A DNA stretch of 64,000 bases from Candidatus Cloacimonadales bacterium (lineage in GTDB: Bacteria > Cloacimonadota > Cloacimonadia > Cloacimonadales > JAIOQZ01), in assembly GCA_963674825.1 (NCBI GenBank), contig OY771587.1, positions 608,001-672,000 of the forward strand, given 5' to 3'. Below, piece after piece: positions 28,000 through 40,196 of the stretch. The first letter of the stretch is position 1; each line of letters begins with the position of its first letter. A program made the translations under genes and the position numbers. The notes under the pieces were generated by a model. That model saw only the letters and a program-made list of their open reading frames with translations. It was not told where the DNA came from and made no database searches.

Positions 28000-29127
28000 A
28001 TGAACGAATATGTGTTGTTTGTGGATGATGAGCAAAGCATTTTGGACTCCTTCCGAAGAACCCTCCATAAAAAACTCGCTTTCGACACAGTGAACAGTGG
28101 CCAGGCGGCGCTGGACGCGATCGCGAAGAAGGAATACGCGGTAATCGTGGCAGACCAGATGATGCCTGGCATGAACGGAATCCAGCTGCTTGCCGAAGTA
28201 AAAAAACGTGCTCCTGAAACCGTCCGCATGATGCTGACAGGGCAGGCGGATATTTCTACTGCAATGGAAGCAGTTAACGAAGGGCATATCTTCCGGTTTC
28301 TGACCAAACCAAGCCCACCATCGGCAATCCTTACAGCAGTTACAGCTGCGATCGAACAATATCGGCTGATCACAGCAGAAAAGGAACTCCTGGGAAAGAC
28401 GCTCCGTGGAAGTGTTAAGGTGCTGACAGAGATTCTCTCGCTGGTCAGCCCGGTCGCTTCGGGTAAAACTACACGAATTCAGCGCTACGTACGCGAACTG
28501 ACTTCCGTGATGAAGCTGGAAGAGGAATGGAAATACGATCTGGCAGCGATGCTTTCGCAGGTAGGATGCATCACAATTCCACCAGAGATTGTCGATAAAT
28601 ATTACGCCGGTGAGCGGCTTACCGAAGCTGAAAGCGAGCTCTTCAGCCAACACCCTAACGTAGCCAAGAAAATGATCGCCAACATCCCTCGCCTAGAGAC
28701 CGTCGCCTACATGATTTCCGGGCAGCTTCGCAAGCACGAGGATTTCCCGGAGAGCAAACGCTCCATGTCGTTTGTCATCGGCGCAGAGCTGCTCAGAGTG
28801 GCGATCGATTTCGATTCGCTTGTCTATCGCGGACTTCACCAGTCCGAAGCGATTCATTTCATGGAGCGTCAAGCCGGAAAATATAATCCCGACATCATCG
28901 AAGCCCTGCGAAGCATCCATGTTGAGAAAACAAATACTCATCCAAGGATGGTCAAAATAAACGAACTCCATACCCATATGGTTTTCGACCAGAACGTAAC
29001 GGCAGATAACGGACTGGTACTTGTCAGAAAAGGCAAGGAAGTTACCTTTACAGTCATCGAGTTGCTCAAATCGTTTGCTGAAGGTATCGGCGTGAAGCAG
29101 CCCTTCCGGGTGATTGAGTTTCTTTAG
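28000..29127 (+). CDS. Response regulator with degenerate HD-GYP-like domain
   Basis: FVDDE, VADQMMP, TKP; LAAMLSQVGC where HD-GYP has LHDIGK; GKYNPDII. Confidence 0.8.
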   Translation: MNEYVLFVDDEQSILDSFRRTLHKKLAFDTVNSGQAALDAIAKKEYAVIVADQMMPGMNGIQLLAEVKKRAPETVRMMLTGQADISTAMEAVNEGHIFRFLTKPSPPSAILTAVTAAIEQYRLITAEKELLGKTLRGSVKVLTEILSLVSPVASGKTTRIQRYVRELTSVMKLEEEWKYDLAAMLSQVGCITIPPEIVDKYYAGERLTEAESELFSQHPNVAKKMIANIPRLETVAYMISGQLRKHEDFPESKRSMSFVIGAELLRVAIDFDSLVYRGLHQSEAIHFMERQAGKYNPDIIEALRSIHVEKTNTHPRMVKINELHTHMVFDQNVTADNGLVLVRKGKEVTFTVIELLKSFAEGIGVKQPFRVIEFL

Positions 29128-29136
29128 GAGAACAGC

Positions 29137-30747
29137 ATGAAAGCACTCATTGCCGACGATGATTTTGTCATTCAAGAAGTTCTCAAGAGCGTCATGAAGA
29201 TGCTGGATTTAGAACCTATTGTTGTCGATACAGGCATAGAAGCCCTACGTGTACTTAATGGATCAGACCCGCCCATGATCGCAACACTCGACTGGAGCAT
29301 GCCAGGAATGAGTGGGCTCGATGTGTGCAAAGCGATAAGAATCCAACACCCAACTGTACCGTTTTATTTAATTATTATCACTGCCTACAGCGACAGAGAG
29401 AGCCTTGTCAGCGCACTTGAAGCTGGTGCAAGTGATTTCATTCGAAAACCCTTCGATGTACCCGAACTTAGCGCCAGGCTTGAGACCGGTAAACGGCTCA
29501 TCCAAATGCAAAACAGGATCGAAAACCAGTTCAAGGCAAACGAGCAGCTGATCGCCTCCATCAATTCTATTCTCATCAGTGTGGATGAAGACAACATCGT
29601 TAAGCACTGGAATCACATCGCTGCGGAGATCTTCGGAATCGCGGAAGACGACGCTCTCGGGCAGAATTTTTCGATCCTTCCAATCGAATGGAATTGGGAG
29701 AAAATTGGTCAGATGGTAGATCGGTGTATACTTGCCGATGAAGTTGTACTTCTGAATGATTTCTCATATATCGATCCCGAGGATCGGGAGCTGTTTCTCA
29801 ATATCAGTATTAATCCTTACATCGGTAGTTCGATTGACAAACGCGGCTTTCTGATTATCGCCAATGATGTCACAGAGCAGAAATTCATCGAATCGCAGCT
29901 TATGCATTCACAGAAGCTGGAATCGATCGGCCAACTTGCAGCCGGTATCGCACACGAGATCAATACACCCGTGCAGTTTGTAACGGACAACACTGAATTC
30001 CTTAAAGAATCTATCGAGACGATCTCGGGCATTTTGGAGAAATGCGAAGATGCCCTTAAAGAATGCGCCGAGAAACATAACTGCAACGATTCTCTCGAAA
30101 AACTTCAAGAACTGAAGGATGAGGCCGATGCAGATTTTCTGCTCGATGAAATCCCATATGCTCTGAATCAGAACCTCGAGGGCTTACAAAAAATCGCCAC
30201 TATCGTGAAAGCGATGAAAGAGTTTTCGTATCCTCCACAAACTCAGATGGTTCCGATCGACCTATCGGAAGCAATCAAAAACACGTCGATTGTTGCACGT
30301 AACGAGTGGAAATACATTTCCGAACTCAAGATGGAGTTTGACGAAGATCTTCCACCTGTCTATTGCCATCCTGGCGAGCTTAACCAGGTTTTCTTAAACC
30401 TGATCATTAACGCCGTACACGCAATCCAGGAGAAATTGGGAGAGACAAGCCAGGAGATGGGCCTGATTACCATAACAACTCGTAAAGACGGGGACATGGC
30501 AGAAATCAAGGTGACCGATACCGGGTCAGGAATCCCTGAAAAAGCACAGAATCGCATCTTCGATCCATTCTTCACAACAAAAGATGTCGGCAAAGGAACC
30601 GGGCAGGGGCTTTTTATCTGCCACTCGGTGATTGTCGATAAGCATAAGGGCTCCATAACGTTCGATACTCAGCAAGGCAAAGGCACAACCTTCACAATAA
30701 AGATTCCGATCATACCAGAAGACCAGAAAGAGGATGACGATGAGTGA
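29137..30747 (+). CDS. Cytoplasmic REC-PAS-histidine kinase
   Basis: IADDD/LDWSMP REC, PAS, AHEINTP, DTGSGI, GTGQGL; no TM. Confidence 0.9.
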   Translation: MKALIADDDFVIQEVLKSVMKMLDLEPIVVDTGIEALRVLNGSDPPMIATLDWSMPGMSGLDVCKAIRIQHPTVPFYLIIITAYSDRESLVSALEAGASDFIRKPFDVPELSARLETGKRLIQMQNRIENQFKANEQLIASINSILISVDEDNIVKHWNHIAAEIFGIAEDDALGQNFSILPIEWNWEKIGQMVDRCILADEVVLLNDFSYIDPEDRELFLNISINPYIGSSIDKRGFLIIANDVTEQKFIESQLMHSQKLESIGQLAAGIAHEINTPVQFVTDNTEFLKESIETISGILEKCEDALKECAEKHNCNDSLEKLQELKDEADADFLLDEIPYALNQNLEGLQKIATIVKAMKEFSYPPQTQMVPIDLSEAIKNTSIVARNEWKYISELKMEFDEDLPPVYCHPGELNQVFLNLIINAVHAIQEKLGETSQEMGLITITTRKDGDMAEIKVTDTGSGIPEKAQNRIFDPFFTTKDVGKGTGQGLFICHSVIVDKHKGSITFDTQQGKGTTFTIKIPIIPEDQKEDDDE

Positions 30748-31948
30748 GAATAGCAACCTCCGTATATTATTCGTCGATGATGAGAGGAAAATTCTCGATG
30801 GAATCCGCCGAAAATTGCATTCCATGAGAAAAGAATGGGACATGGTTTTCGCAGTGGGTGGCTACGAAGCAAAAAAACAGTTGATGGGTTCGCATTTTGA
30901 TGTGATTGTGACCGACATGCTCATGCCGGGAACAAGCGGACAAGAACTCTTGAACATCGTTCGAGAAAAATATCCAGAAATGATTCGACTGGTGTTGTCA
31001 GGGTACAGCGACCAGGAAATCATCATGCAGACTACAAAAACCGCGCATCAATACCTCAGCAAGCCTTGCAATGTTGACGATATCAAGGCAGCAATCCAGA
31101 GAAGCCTGTCGCTTAGGAAGCTGCTGAAAGAGCCGCGACTGACGCGCCTTGCCGCCCAGCTGAAAACGATCCCCAGCCTTCCTGCAATCTACAACGAAAT
31201 CATGACCAAGTTGCAAAATCCAACCGTACCCTTGAAAGAGATTGCCGAGATCATTTCGCAGGATATCGGGATGAGCGCTAAGATGCTACAAATCGTGAAT
31301 TCCTCTTTCTTCGGGGTGGCAAAACATATTGAGTCGGTCGAACGTGCAGTATCGCTTCTCGGGCTTGATATTATACGCTCGCTTGTCCTTTCTTTTCACC
31401 TTTTCGAGAAGTTCAAGGAAAGAGAAGTCAATATCAATGTTCTCAACCGTGTCTGGGTTCACAGCATGGCAGTTGCCGGGTACTCAAAAAAGCTCGCAGA
31501 AATTATGAACCTGGATGGCAAGCTCATCGATTACAGTTACATGGCGGGTATGATGCACGATATTGGGAAGCTCATTCTGATGGCTGAAGTACCACAGACC
31601 TATCAAAGCCTTCTCAGAGAAGCAATCAATGACAATACTCCCTTGCGAATTAAAGAACATGACGCCTTCCACGCGAGCCATGCCGAACTGGGTGCATACG
31701 TGCTCGGGATTTGGGGACTTCAGCAACCCGTGATCGAAGCAATTGCGTATCATCATCATCCATCAGCTTCGCCAACGACGATCCCTACACCCCTGACGGC
31801 GGTACATCTGGCTAATGTTTTTGACTATGAGATCAATCCGTCTCATCGGGACAGCCAACATTGCTCTCTGGATATCGAGTATCTCGACAGGCTCGATCTG
31901 ACGAAAAAAGTCGATAAACTTAGAAAACGCCTAATTCAATCGCTATAA
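30740..31948 (+). CDS. Response regulator with HDOD domain
   Basis: FVDDE/VTDMLMP; IPSLP, DIGMSAKMLQIVNSSFFG, GMMHDIGKL, HAELGAYVLGIWGL, AIAYHH. Confidence 0.9.
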   Translation: MSENSNLRILFVDDERKILDGIRRKLHSMRKEWDMVFAVGGYEAKKQLMGSHFDVIVTDMLMPGTSGQELLNIVREKYPEMIRLVLSGYSDQEIIMQTTKTAHQYLSKPCNVDDIKAAIQRSLSLRKLLKEPRLTRLAAQLKTIPSLPAIYNEIMTKLQNPTVPLKEIAEIISQDIGMSAKMLQIVNSSFFGVAKHIESVERAVSLLGLDIIRSLVLSFHLFEKFKEREVNINVLNRVWVHSMAVAGYSKKLAEIMNLDGKLIDYSYMAGMMHDIGKLILMAEVPQTYQSLLREAINDNTPLRIKEHDAFHASHAELGAYVLGIWGLQQPVIEAIAYHHHPSASPTTIPTPLTAVHLANVFDYEINPSHRDSQHCSLDIEYLDRLDLTKKVDKLRKRLIQSL

Positions 31949-31962
31949 CATGCGAGGTGGTG

Positions 31963-34284
31963 ATGGAGAATAAATATAGGGTTCTCATGATTGAGGACAC
32001 CGAAGAATTCTATCAGATGATTGAAAAAATGCTCGATCAATACATCGAAACAACGTTCGAGCTCGAATGGTTCGATAACCTTGCATCTGGCATCAAAAAA
32101 TTGCAAACGAACCCGGTGGATTACGATATCATCCTGCTCGACCTGGATCTGCCGGACAGCCGTGGCATCAATACATTGCAATCGATGGTATCCCGGGATT
32201 TCAACATTCCCATCGTCGTTATCAGCGGCTCTTACGAAAACAACGTGCTCGAAGAAACCCTCAAGTTGGGCGCGCAAGACTTCCTTCCCAAAGGCCAGTT
32301 CAACAAAATGCAACTCATCAAAACTGTGCTTTATGCTATCGAGAAACACAAGCTGCAAGAAGAGATAGCCTTCCGACATGCCCAGATCGAGAATCGGGAG
32401 AAAAAGTTCCGAACACTCGCTGAGTCAAGCAGCGATGGCATTATCGTGACAGGCCCCAACATGACTGTATTGTTCGTAAATAGAGCCGCTACTCAGATCT
32501 TGGCCCGGAAATGCGAAGAGATGATTGGCGATATCTTTTTCTACCCGGTCAAAGAAGGCGAAACAACCGAAATCGTGATAAAAAAGGAGAATGAAGAGAA
32601 TACTTTTGCCGAGATTAAAGCCACCAGAACCTGCTGGAATACATGCAGCGACTACCTGATCGCAATTCGAGACATTACGACACGGAAAAAAGCCGAGATC
32701 GCTCTCGAAGAGAATCTGGATTTCGTGAACAAACTAATCGAAAGCATTCCCAACCCCATCTTTATCAAGGATACCGAACGTCGCTTGATAGGATGTAACG
32801 AACATTATTTGAAATACATGGGAATTACAAGTAGAGAAGCCATCGGAAAGGCATTCATTGATTTCTTTCCGGAGGAAGCTGCCAGGTTTATCGAGGCCCA
32901 AGACCAAGAACTTCTTGATAATCCTGGATCGCAGATATACGAAAAGACTTTTACGGTTCATGATGGCAGCACACGTCATGTTATTGTTAACAAGGCCACT
33001 TTTAACCATAAAGATGGAACGCTTGGCGGTATCATCGGTTTATTCATAGACATCACCGAACGCCAGGCTATGGAGCTCAGATTACGTCAGAGCGAAGAAA
33101 AATTCAGCACCATTTTCCAGAACAATCCCGATCCGATCGCAATCTGTCAGCTTGAAACAGGAAAAATCGTCGAAGTGAATGAAGCGTTCATGGACTTGAT
33201 GGGATATTCCAGAGATGAGCTACTCGGAAACAATCTGGATGCGATCGGCTTCTGGACCGATAAAGCGGATAAAGCCAGGATATTCGAAGAACTTGCCAGA
33301 ACGGAAAAGATACGTTCACGCAACCTGCGTATCCATAACCGCAATGTAGAAATCCGGCACGTCCTTTGTTCAATTGATACATTGAATATCGAAGAGCAGA
33401 TGCATTTCATGGTTATCTGTAAGGACATCACGGAGCAGAAAAAGCTCGAAGATCAGCTCTTCCACGCACAAAAAATGGAAACTGTCGGTCGACTCGCAGC
33501 CGGCATCGCACATGAGATTAACACGCCAATCCAATACGTTCACGACAACATAGACTTCATGTACGATTCATTCGGTGTCTTTATTGAATTGATAAAAAGG
33601 TTAAATCGCAGTCTCGGAAGCAAGAAAGAAGAAATCACTCCCGATATGAAAGATATTCTCGATTTTCAAGACGAGAATGATTTCGAGTTCCTGATCGAGG
33701 AAATCCCATCATCAATCGAACAGTCAATTGAAGGAATCGAGCGTGTTACGAAGATCGTAAAAGCCATGAAGAGCTTCGCGCATCCGGGAATCGAAGAGAT
33801 GGCTCCTTTGAATCTAAACGACGCAATCGAATCGACGATCACAGTAGCAAGAAACGAATGGAAATACGTTGCCGACATCAACACTGTTTATAACGAAAAT
33901 CTTCCGCCAGTTATGTGTTATGCGGGAGATTTCAAGCAGATTATCCTCAATCTGATCGTGAATGCGGCTCATGCTATCGGCGACACGCAAAAAAAAGAAG
34001 GCCGATACGAAAAAGCCGGAATTATCGATATTAAAACAAATTTCGATGATAAATATGCCATCATCGAATTGAGTGATAATGGCTCAGGAATCCCTCCCGA
34101 AGCCAAATCGCATATCTTTGAACCCTTCTTTACGACAAAACCCGTTGGAATTGGTACTGGTCAAGGCCTCGCAATTGTTTATAATATTGTTGTAAAAAAA
34201 CACAATGGTACTATCTCGTTTGATTCGACAGAAGGTGAAGGGACACGATTCTTAATCAAGATCCCTATTTCTCAGGATAAATAA
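31963..34284 (+). CDS. Cytoplasmic REC-(PAS)3-histidine kinase
   Basis: [11 protein letters not shown], three PAS ending DIT, AHEINTP, DNGSGI, GTGQGL. Confidence 0.9.
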   Translation: MENKYRVLMIEDTEEFYQMIEKMLDQYIETTFELEWFDNLASGIKKLQTNPVDYDIILLDLDLPDSRGINTLQSMVSRDFNIPIVVISGSYENNVLEETLKLGAQDFLPKGQFNKMQLIKTVLYAIEKHKLQEEIAFRHAQIENREKKFRTLAESSSDGIIVTGPNMTVLFVNRAATQILARKCEEMIGDIFFYPVKEGETTEIVIKKENEENTFAEIKATRTCWNTCSDYLIAIRDITTRKKAEIALEENLDFVNKLIESIPNPIFIKDTERRLIGCNEHYLKYMGITSREAIGKAFIDFFPEEAARFIEAQDQELLDNPGSQIYEKTFTVHDGSTRHVIVNKATFNHKDGTLGGIIGLFIDITERQAMELRLRQSEEKFSTIFQNNPDPIAICQLETGKIVEVNEAFMDLMGYSRDELLGNNLDAIGFWTDKADKARIFEELARTEKIRSRNLRIHNRNVEIRHVLCSIDTLNIEEQMHFMVICKDITEQKKLEDQLFHAQKMETVGRLAAGIAHEINTPIQYVHDNIDFMYDSFGVFIELIKRLNRSLGSKKEEITPDMKDILDFQDENDFEFLIEEIPSSIEQSIEGIERVTKIVKAMKSFAHPGIEEMAPLNLNDAIESTITVARNEWKYVADINTVYNENLPPVMCYAGDFKQIILNLIVNAAHAIGDTQKKEGRYEKAGIIDIKTNFDDKYAIIELSDNGSGIPPEAKSHIFEPFFTTKPVGIGTGQGLAIVYNIVVKKHNGTISFDSTEGEGTRFLIKIPISQDK

Positions 34285-34296
34285 CAGGATGATAGA

Positions 34297-37200
34297 ATGG
34301 TAAGAAAGGCGATTCGAATTCTTATCGTCGAAGACAGGTCTCTCAATATACACCAGACCAGGCAGATGCTCGGAGAAGTAGAAAACTTCCCTTGCGATCT
34401 CACAAGTGCCGGAACGCTGAGTGAAGCTCTGTATTCGATTGAGAAAAAAGACTTTGACGTGATCCTTCTGGATCTGGATCTGCCTGATAGCAAAGGAATC
34501 GATACTTATAGGCAGATATCTCATTTAAATACACGCATTCCGATCATCATCCTGGCACAAGAACTTGATAACGCAACTGCGCTCGAAGCCCTGAGAAGCG
34601 GTGCTCAGAACTACCATGTAAAAAGCGAAATCGATGGGGCAGATATTGTCAAATCGATCATATACGCCATCGAGAGAAACGCTCTGCGCATTGAGCTCGA
34701 AGAAAAAACTCACGCGCTTCAAAAGAGCGAAGAACGCTTTCGCATGATCGTTGAAAAAAACAAGGACGCTTTCCTGATCCTCAACGAGGAAGGTCTAATA
34801 CAGTTTACAAATCCTGCCGCCGTAGCTTTTTTTGGAATCCCCGAGCAGGAAATCATCGGGCAGCTGTTCAATCTTCCGGAAGAGAATTCTCTGGATATTA
34901 AAAATCCTGACGGAACCATCCATCATGGCAATATATCGACATTCAAGGTGGACTGGAATAATCTTCCCGTCACGATCGTCGCGATTCACGATATCACAGA
35001 AAGTAAAGAATCCGCAAAGAAACTGGCTGAAAGCCAGAAGCAATATAAAGAGCTTGTCGAGCAGCTTCAGGAAGGTATCTGGCTATTGAATGAACGCCTC
35101 GAAACCGTTTTCGCCAATCCAAGCCTGTGTGAGATGTTCGATCGCTCGTTTACCTCACTCTGGGGAGTCAGCCCGGACACGATAGTAACCGATTCATCAA
35201 TTGGAGCTTGCATCGAAATGACCGATGCTCTCATGAGCGGAAAGCAGGACAAACGCGAATTGAGCTTCCTCAAAGAAGACGGAACAGAAATCTGCACGAT
35301 GGTTTCTACATCACCCATTTTCGACGAAAAAGGCAGATTCAATGGAGCTCTTGCCGCTGTTCAAGACATCACTCGTGAGAAACAAGTGAACAATCAGCAG
35401 CGACTCATCCTGAACATCCTTTCAATCCTGAACCGTCATAACGAATGGAAGTATCTTATTCGCGACATCCTGAATGAAGTGCGGAAGGGAACAGGTTTCA
35501 AGACCATCGGAATTAGACTCGAACAACAAGACGACCACCCATATGTCGAAGTTGTCAGCAATGTCAACGAACCGACTCCGGATGAGAAAAAGTATATGGA
35601 GATCATCAGCATGGAGCTGATGAACGAAAAGCTATCTCATTTATATGATACGGTACTCAATCAAAATCTGAAGAAATATCCTGAAAACACAACGGCTTAC
35701 GGAAGTTTCTGGACGAATAATCTCGACCAGTTCATGCAGAAAACCAGCCCTGAACAACGCGCATTGTACGACACATATTCAAAGAAAGTCATCCTCGATC
35801 AGACAATGGCCTTGATCCCGGTTATCGTCGAGGGAAATGTGATTGGACTAATCCATCTCAGCGATCACGAAACAAACCGGATCAGCGAAGAAAGCATAAA
35901 ATTCTTCGAAGAGATTGCAGCAACGGTCAGCATTGCATTCAAACGTATGCAGGCAGAGCAAGAGTTGGTAAGAGAGCGGAACCGCGCGACCGACTACTTC
36001 AACCTCGCGCCAGTTCTCATGCTTGTGCTGGGGCGGGATCAGCTGGTCAAGCAAATCAATCGAATGGGCTGCGTAATTCTGGAAACCAAAGAGGAAGAAA
36101 TTATCGGCAAAAACTGGTTCGATCACTTCATCCCGGCCATCCTGCGGGAAACGCTTCGAACCCAGTTCGTTAATCTCATGGAATCATCCGATCTTTACAC
36201 AAACGTCACTGAATACTTCCCATCTGGGTTTAATCACGCCCTTCTGACGAGAACCGGAAAAATACGAACATTATCCTGGCACAATACGTTGCTTTATGAT
36301 CCCAACGGAAAAGTGATGGGAACACTCAGTTCGGCGGAAGATCTAACGGAGAAGATCGAAGCTGAAGAAGCCCGTAAACAGAGCGAAGAAAAGTTCTTTA
36401 AAATCTTCCGGTATAACCCGGATGCGATTAGTATCACTCAGTTCGACGGGACCATGATCAAGGAAGCAAACGATGCGTTTCTTGAGATGTTCGGCTACAC
36501 TCGTGAAGAGCTGTTCGATCTATCATTCAATTCTAAAACCCTATGGGCAAATCCCAAAGACCGGGAAGCAGTTCTTGCCCTTCTACAAAAAGAAGGTCAG
36601 GTCTCATCCCAGGAGATTCGCCTGGTCAACAAAGCTGGAAAAGAACGCATATCTTTGAGTTCCTTCCAGCTGATTCAGCTTGAAGGGCGGTCGCACATCC
36701 TGTCTATTTTCCGCGATGTTACCGAGCGCCGCAACCTTGAAGATCACCTGCGACAGGCACAGAAGATGGAGGCAATCGGAACCCTTGCCGGTGGAATCGC
36801 CCATGACTTCAACAACATTCTGTCTGTGATCATGGGGTACGCGGAACTTGCCATGACATCCATTCCCGAGAACAGCCGGGCTATCCGGGATATGAGAGAA
36901 GTTATCAACGGTAGCGCAAGAGCTAAAGAACTCGTTCAGCAAATCCTGACATTCAGCCGGGAAACCGAACAGAAAAAAGCGCCATTGAAACTCGCTACGG
37001 TCATTAAGGAAGCGATGAAGATGCTTAGAGCATCCATCCCTTCTACCATTGCTCTCCAGAGCTCTTTTAACAGCAGAAATATTATCCTGGCCGATCCCAC
37101 GCAGATGCATCAGATCGTGATGAATCTCTGCACGAATGCCTTCCATGCCATGGAAGAAACTGGAGGGACCATTCAGGTGGAACTTACGGATACTCCTTTC

Positions 37201-37905
37201 GAGCATATTCCCGATCAGGTCAGGGCAAATCTCAAGCCCGGATGCTTCGTAAGACTGAGTATTTCCGATACCGGACCCGGTATCCCGAAGGAGCTCAGAG
37301 AGCGCATCTTCGAGCCGTATTTTACGACCAAGAAAAAGGGGAAGGGAACCGGCCTGGGGTTGGCGATCGTAGCTGGTATCGTGAAAAATCACAATGGTGG
37401 AATCCACCTCAATAGCAGTCCGGAGAACGGAACTGTATTCGATCTCTTCTTCCCTGTGTACGAAGGGCAAGCAGAAATTGATACGGGAAAATCGATTCAG
37501 GACGACATCAAGACAACTCCCGCCCGAATTCTCTTCGTTGATGACGAGATCGCTATCGTCAAACTGCACGAAAAACACCTTCGAAAGAAAGGGTATGAAG
37601 TTGAATCCACCGCCTCGAGCCTCGAAGCTCTCGAACTTATGAAGAGCAACCCACATCATTTCGATTTGGTGATTACCGACCTTACGATGCCGAAACTAAC
37701 AGGCATAGAGCTAGCCAAGAGCATCCTTGGCGTACGTCCAGACATCCCGATCATTCTCTGCACTGGATACACGGAAAAGCTTACACCAGAGGACATTAAG
37801 AACGCAGGAATTCGTGAATTAATGTTCAAGCCCGTTATTATAAGTGATCTTATAAAAACAATCGAAGAAAGTTTGAACCGCAATTCAACTTTTCCCACTA
37901 ACTGA
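34297..37905 (+). CDS. Cytoplasmic hybrid kinase REC-PAS-PAS-GAF-PAS-PAS-HisKA-HATPase-REC
   Basis: N-terminal REC, four PAS, GAF-like (MALIPV..VIGLIHL), [15 protein letters not shown]-terminal REC. Confidence 0.9.
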   Translation: MVRKAIRILIVEDRSLNIHQTRQMLGEVENFPCDLTSAGTLSEALYSIEKKDFDVILLDLDLPDSKGIDTYRQISHLNTRIPIIILAQELDNATALEALRSGAQNYHVKSEIDGADIVKSIIYAIERNALRIELEEKTHALQKSEERFRMIVEKNKDAFLILNEEGLIQFTNPAAVAFFGIPEQEIIGQLFNLPEENSLDIKNPDGTIHHGNISTFKVDWNNLPVTIVAIHDITESKESAKKLAESQKQYKELVEQLQEGIWLLNERLETVFANPSLCEMFDRSFTSLWGVSPDTIVTDSSIGACIEMTDALMSGKQDKRELSFLKEDGTEICTMVSTSPIFDEKGRFNGALAAVQDITREKQVNNQQRLILNILSILNRHNEWKYLIRDILNEVRKGTGFKTIGIRLEQQDDHPYVEVVSNVNEPTPDEKKYMEIISMELMNEKLSHLYDTVLNQNLKKYPENTTAYGSFWTNNLDQFMQKTSPEQRALYDTYSKKVILDQTMALIPVIVEGNVIGLIHLSDHETNRISEESIKFFEEIAATVSIAFKRMQAEQELVRERNRATDYFNLAPVLMLVLGRDQLVKQINRMGCVILETKEEEIIGKNWFDHFIPAILRETLRTQFVNLMESSDLYTNVTEYFPSGFNHALLTRTGKIRTLSWHNTLLYDPNGKVMGTLSSAEDLTEKIEAEEARKQSEEKFFKIFRYNPDAISITQFDGTMIKEANDAFLEMFGYTREELFDLSFNSKTLWANPKDREAVLALLQKEGQVSSQEIRLVNKAGKERISLSSFQLIQLEGRSHILSIFRDVTERRNLEDHLRQAQKMEAIGTLAGGIAHDFNNILSVIMGYAELAMTSIPENSRAIRDMREVINGSARAKELVQQILTFSRETEQKKAPLKLATVIKEAMKMLRASIPSTIALQSSFNSRNIILADPTQMHQIVMNLCTNAFHAMEETGGTIQVELTDTPFEHIPDQVRANLKPGCFVRLSISDTGPGIPKELRERIFEPYFTTKKKGKGTGLGLAIVAGIVKNHNGGIHLNSSPENGTVFDLFFPVYEGQAEIDTGKSIQDDIKTTPARILFVDDEIAIVKLHEKHLRKKGYEVESTASSLEALELMKSNPHHFDLVITDLTMPKLTGIELAKSILGVRPDIPIILCTGYTEKLTPEDIKNAGIRELMFKPVIISDLIKTIEESLNRNSTFPTN

Positions 37906-37991
37906 CACGGATTCGTTTTTTAATCTTCTCATCATCCTTTTAGTTTACATTCTCCCGATTCGGATTATCATGTTAGGTAGTGGAATGAATT

Positions 37992-39680
37992 ATGGAAAGG
38001 AAAGCACGCTATCTACCAACCTTACTATCGGTGTCGATATTCGATCCGAATTTGAAATTCGAGTTCGAATGGGAGACGTTACTTCCTCAGCTGACGAAGC
38101 AGATTGAAATCATTCGGAAACGCCAGCATGCCATCGAGCTATGGAGCCGGTCATTACCTGATTTAATTATTGTTCCATTCGATCAGCTTGCGGAAGTCGA
38201 TTCGATCATCTCCGATCTTATGGACAGCGAAGGAGACACAAAGCCAGGTCTATTCACCTTTGCAGACATCCTTGATGACGAAACATGCGCGAAACTAGAC
38301 TATACCGAGATTATTGACGCCGCGACCTATAATACAAGCCTCAACCGGCTCAAGAAACAACTTCATCGAGGAGTTGAACTGGTTGAGCTCAGAAAACGGG
38401 TTGAGAACGCGAATGAACGTCTTGAAAAAGCCATTTACTATCAGCATACACTTTCCCACATATCTATCGCATTGAACGCCATGGAAGATTTCTCCAGAGA
38501 TATCGAAAACCTCATGGACGTCCTGCTATTCACACTCGATCTGGATATGGTGCTGATCCACCGTTTGCAAATGTGTCATGACGATGTGCGGGTATCCGAT
38601 TTTATATTCCGTACACGTGACCACGTAAGCCAATCGCTTCAGAGCATGGACATGACCAACGTCGGACGTATGCTTCAATCCATCGAACCGGACAACCAGA
38701 TTGTATTACAGCGATCCGCCACGACAGTCAGAGAAATCGAGTTTGCCATGGACTCCCTCCAAGTAAATATGGTCAATATCTGTCCACTTCAGACTCGGCA
38801 CTGCCTCCTTGGATCAATCCTCTACGCAACCCGGGATGAGCGTAACTGGGATACGGAGATGAACGATCTCCTTCTCACCATCTCCAGCCTCATAGCCAAT
38901 GCCTGGGAAAAAGATATGACTGTCTTTCAGAAGATCGAGACGCAAGGTAGATTAACCGAATCGGTACGTATGGTAGAGCAGGCATCGAAAATGGCGTCGC
39001 TTGGCATCATGTCCGCTGGTATCACCCATGAAATCAACCAGCCACTGAGCGCGATCAAGGTCACGGCTGAAAGCATCGAGCTATGGTCGAACAACAATCC
39101 CGATGAACTTCCCGAGAAATTCGTCAAGCGCATAGGCATCATCCATAAAAGCGCGAACCGCATCGACGAGATCATCCGCCATATGCGTTCGAACTGGATC
39201 TCGGCTACCCCAACCGATTCGATTCGAATCAACGTGAACGAAGGGATCAAACAAGGCCTCACGCTGCTTGAACGACAGCTGAAATCCCACGGCATCGAGC
39301 TCTTTCTGCAATTCAATCAAGCAGAAATCTCCATCAGTGGCGTAAAAATCCAATTCGAGCAGATCATTGTGAATCTGATAGTTAACGCCATTCATGCGCT
39401 GGATGACGTCGATCGGGAAAAGAAGATATTGACAATTTCTACGGAGAAGGCCGATAATAAAGCTATTATAACTGTTGAAGATAACGGAACCGGATTCACT
39501 CCCGAAGTATTGATGCACATGTTCGAGCCTTTTTACACGACAAAGAAAGCCGGAAAAGGCAGCGGCCTGGGGTTGGCCATCGTGAAAAACTTCGTCTCTA
39601 AATTCAATGGCGAGATCAGCGCTGGGAATGTCCCTGAAGGTGGGGCCAAGTTCGTCATTAAACTTCCATGTACGCAATAA
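37992..39680 (+). CDS. Cytoplasmic GAF-containing histidine kinase
   Basis: GAF-like region, THEINQPL, NLIVNAIHA, DNGTG, GSGLGL; N-terminus possibly a degenerate REC. Confidence 0.85.
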   Translation: MERKARYLPTLLSVSIFDPNLKFEFEWETLLPQLTKQIEIIRKRQHAIELWSRSLPDLIIVPFDQLAEVDSIISDLMDSEGDTKPGLFTFADILDDETCAKLDYTEIIDAATYNTSLNRLKKQLHRGVELVELRKRVENANERLEKAIYYQHTLSHISIALNAMEDFSRDIENLMDVLLFTLDLDMVLIHRLQMCHDDVRVSDFIFRTRDHVSQSLQSMDMTNVGRMLQSIEPDNQIVLQRSATTVREIEFAMDSLQVNMVNICPLQTRHCLLGSILYATRDERNWDTEMNDLLLTISSLIANAWEKDMTVFQKIETQGRLTESVRMVEQASKMASLGIMSAGITHEINQPLSAIKVTAESIELWSNNNPDELPEKFVKRIGIIHKSANRIDEIIRHMRSNWISATPTDSIRINVNEGIKQGLTLLERQLKSHGIELFLQFNQAEISISGVKIQFEQIIVNLIVNAIHALDDVDREKKILTISTEKADNKAIITVEDNGTGFTPEVLMHMFEPFYTTKKAGKGSGLGLAIVKNFVSKFNGEISAGNVPEGGAKFVIKLPCTQ

Positions 39681-39698
39681 TCAGCAAATGGAGTTTCT

Positions 39699-40196
39699 AT
39701 GAACAACCTGCATATCATGATTGTTGACGATGACCGGGATCATCTGGAAAGCCTCAAGGAAGCCCTTACACTGAACGATTTTGACGTCAGCACCTACGAA
39801 AACCCCGTCGAGGCGGTTGAGGCATACAAAGTTGAGCCATTCGATGTGGTGATTACCGATTATAAAATGCCGGAAATGAATGGTATCGAAGTACTGCGAG
39901 CAATCAGAAAACACGACCCGGAAGCCTACGTGCTAATCATGACCGGCTACGCAAACAAGGACAACGCCATCGAGGCCGTCAATAACGGTGCTTACTTCTT
40001 CTTCAGAAAGCCAATCGAACTACAACTCGTTATCGAGACGCTGGACCAGATCGAGAAAGAAATGCGCAAACGCCAGGAAGAGCTGAACATGATCGCGTTT
40101 GCCAAAGAATATAAAAAACTTAAGGGACTGCTCCAATCTTTCGATGATTTAAAGAAAGACATTTCATCCCTGCACGGAGAAACACATGAGAAATGA
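39699..40196 (+). CDS. Near single-domain response regulator with coiled-coil tail
   Basis: IVDDD, ITDYKMP, MTGY, RKP; overlaps the cheA start. Confidence 0.9.
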   Translation: MNNLHIMIVDDDRDHLESLKEALTLNDFDVSTYENPVEAVEAYKVEPFDVVITDYKMPEMNGIEVLRAIRKHDPEAYVLIMTGYANKDNAIEAVNNGAYFFFRKPIELQLVIETLDQIEKEMRKRQEELNMIAFAKEYKKLKGLLQSFDDLKKDISSLHGETHEK

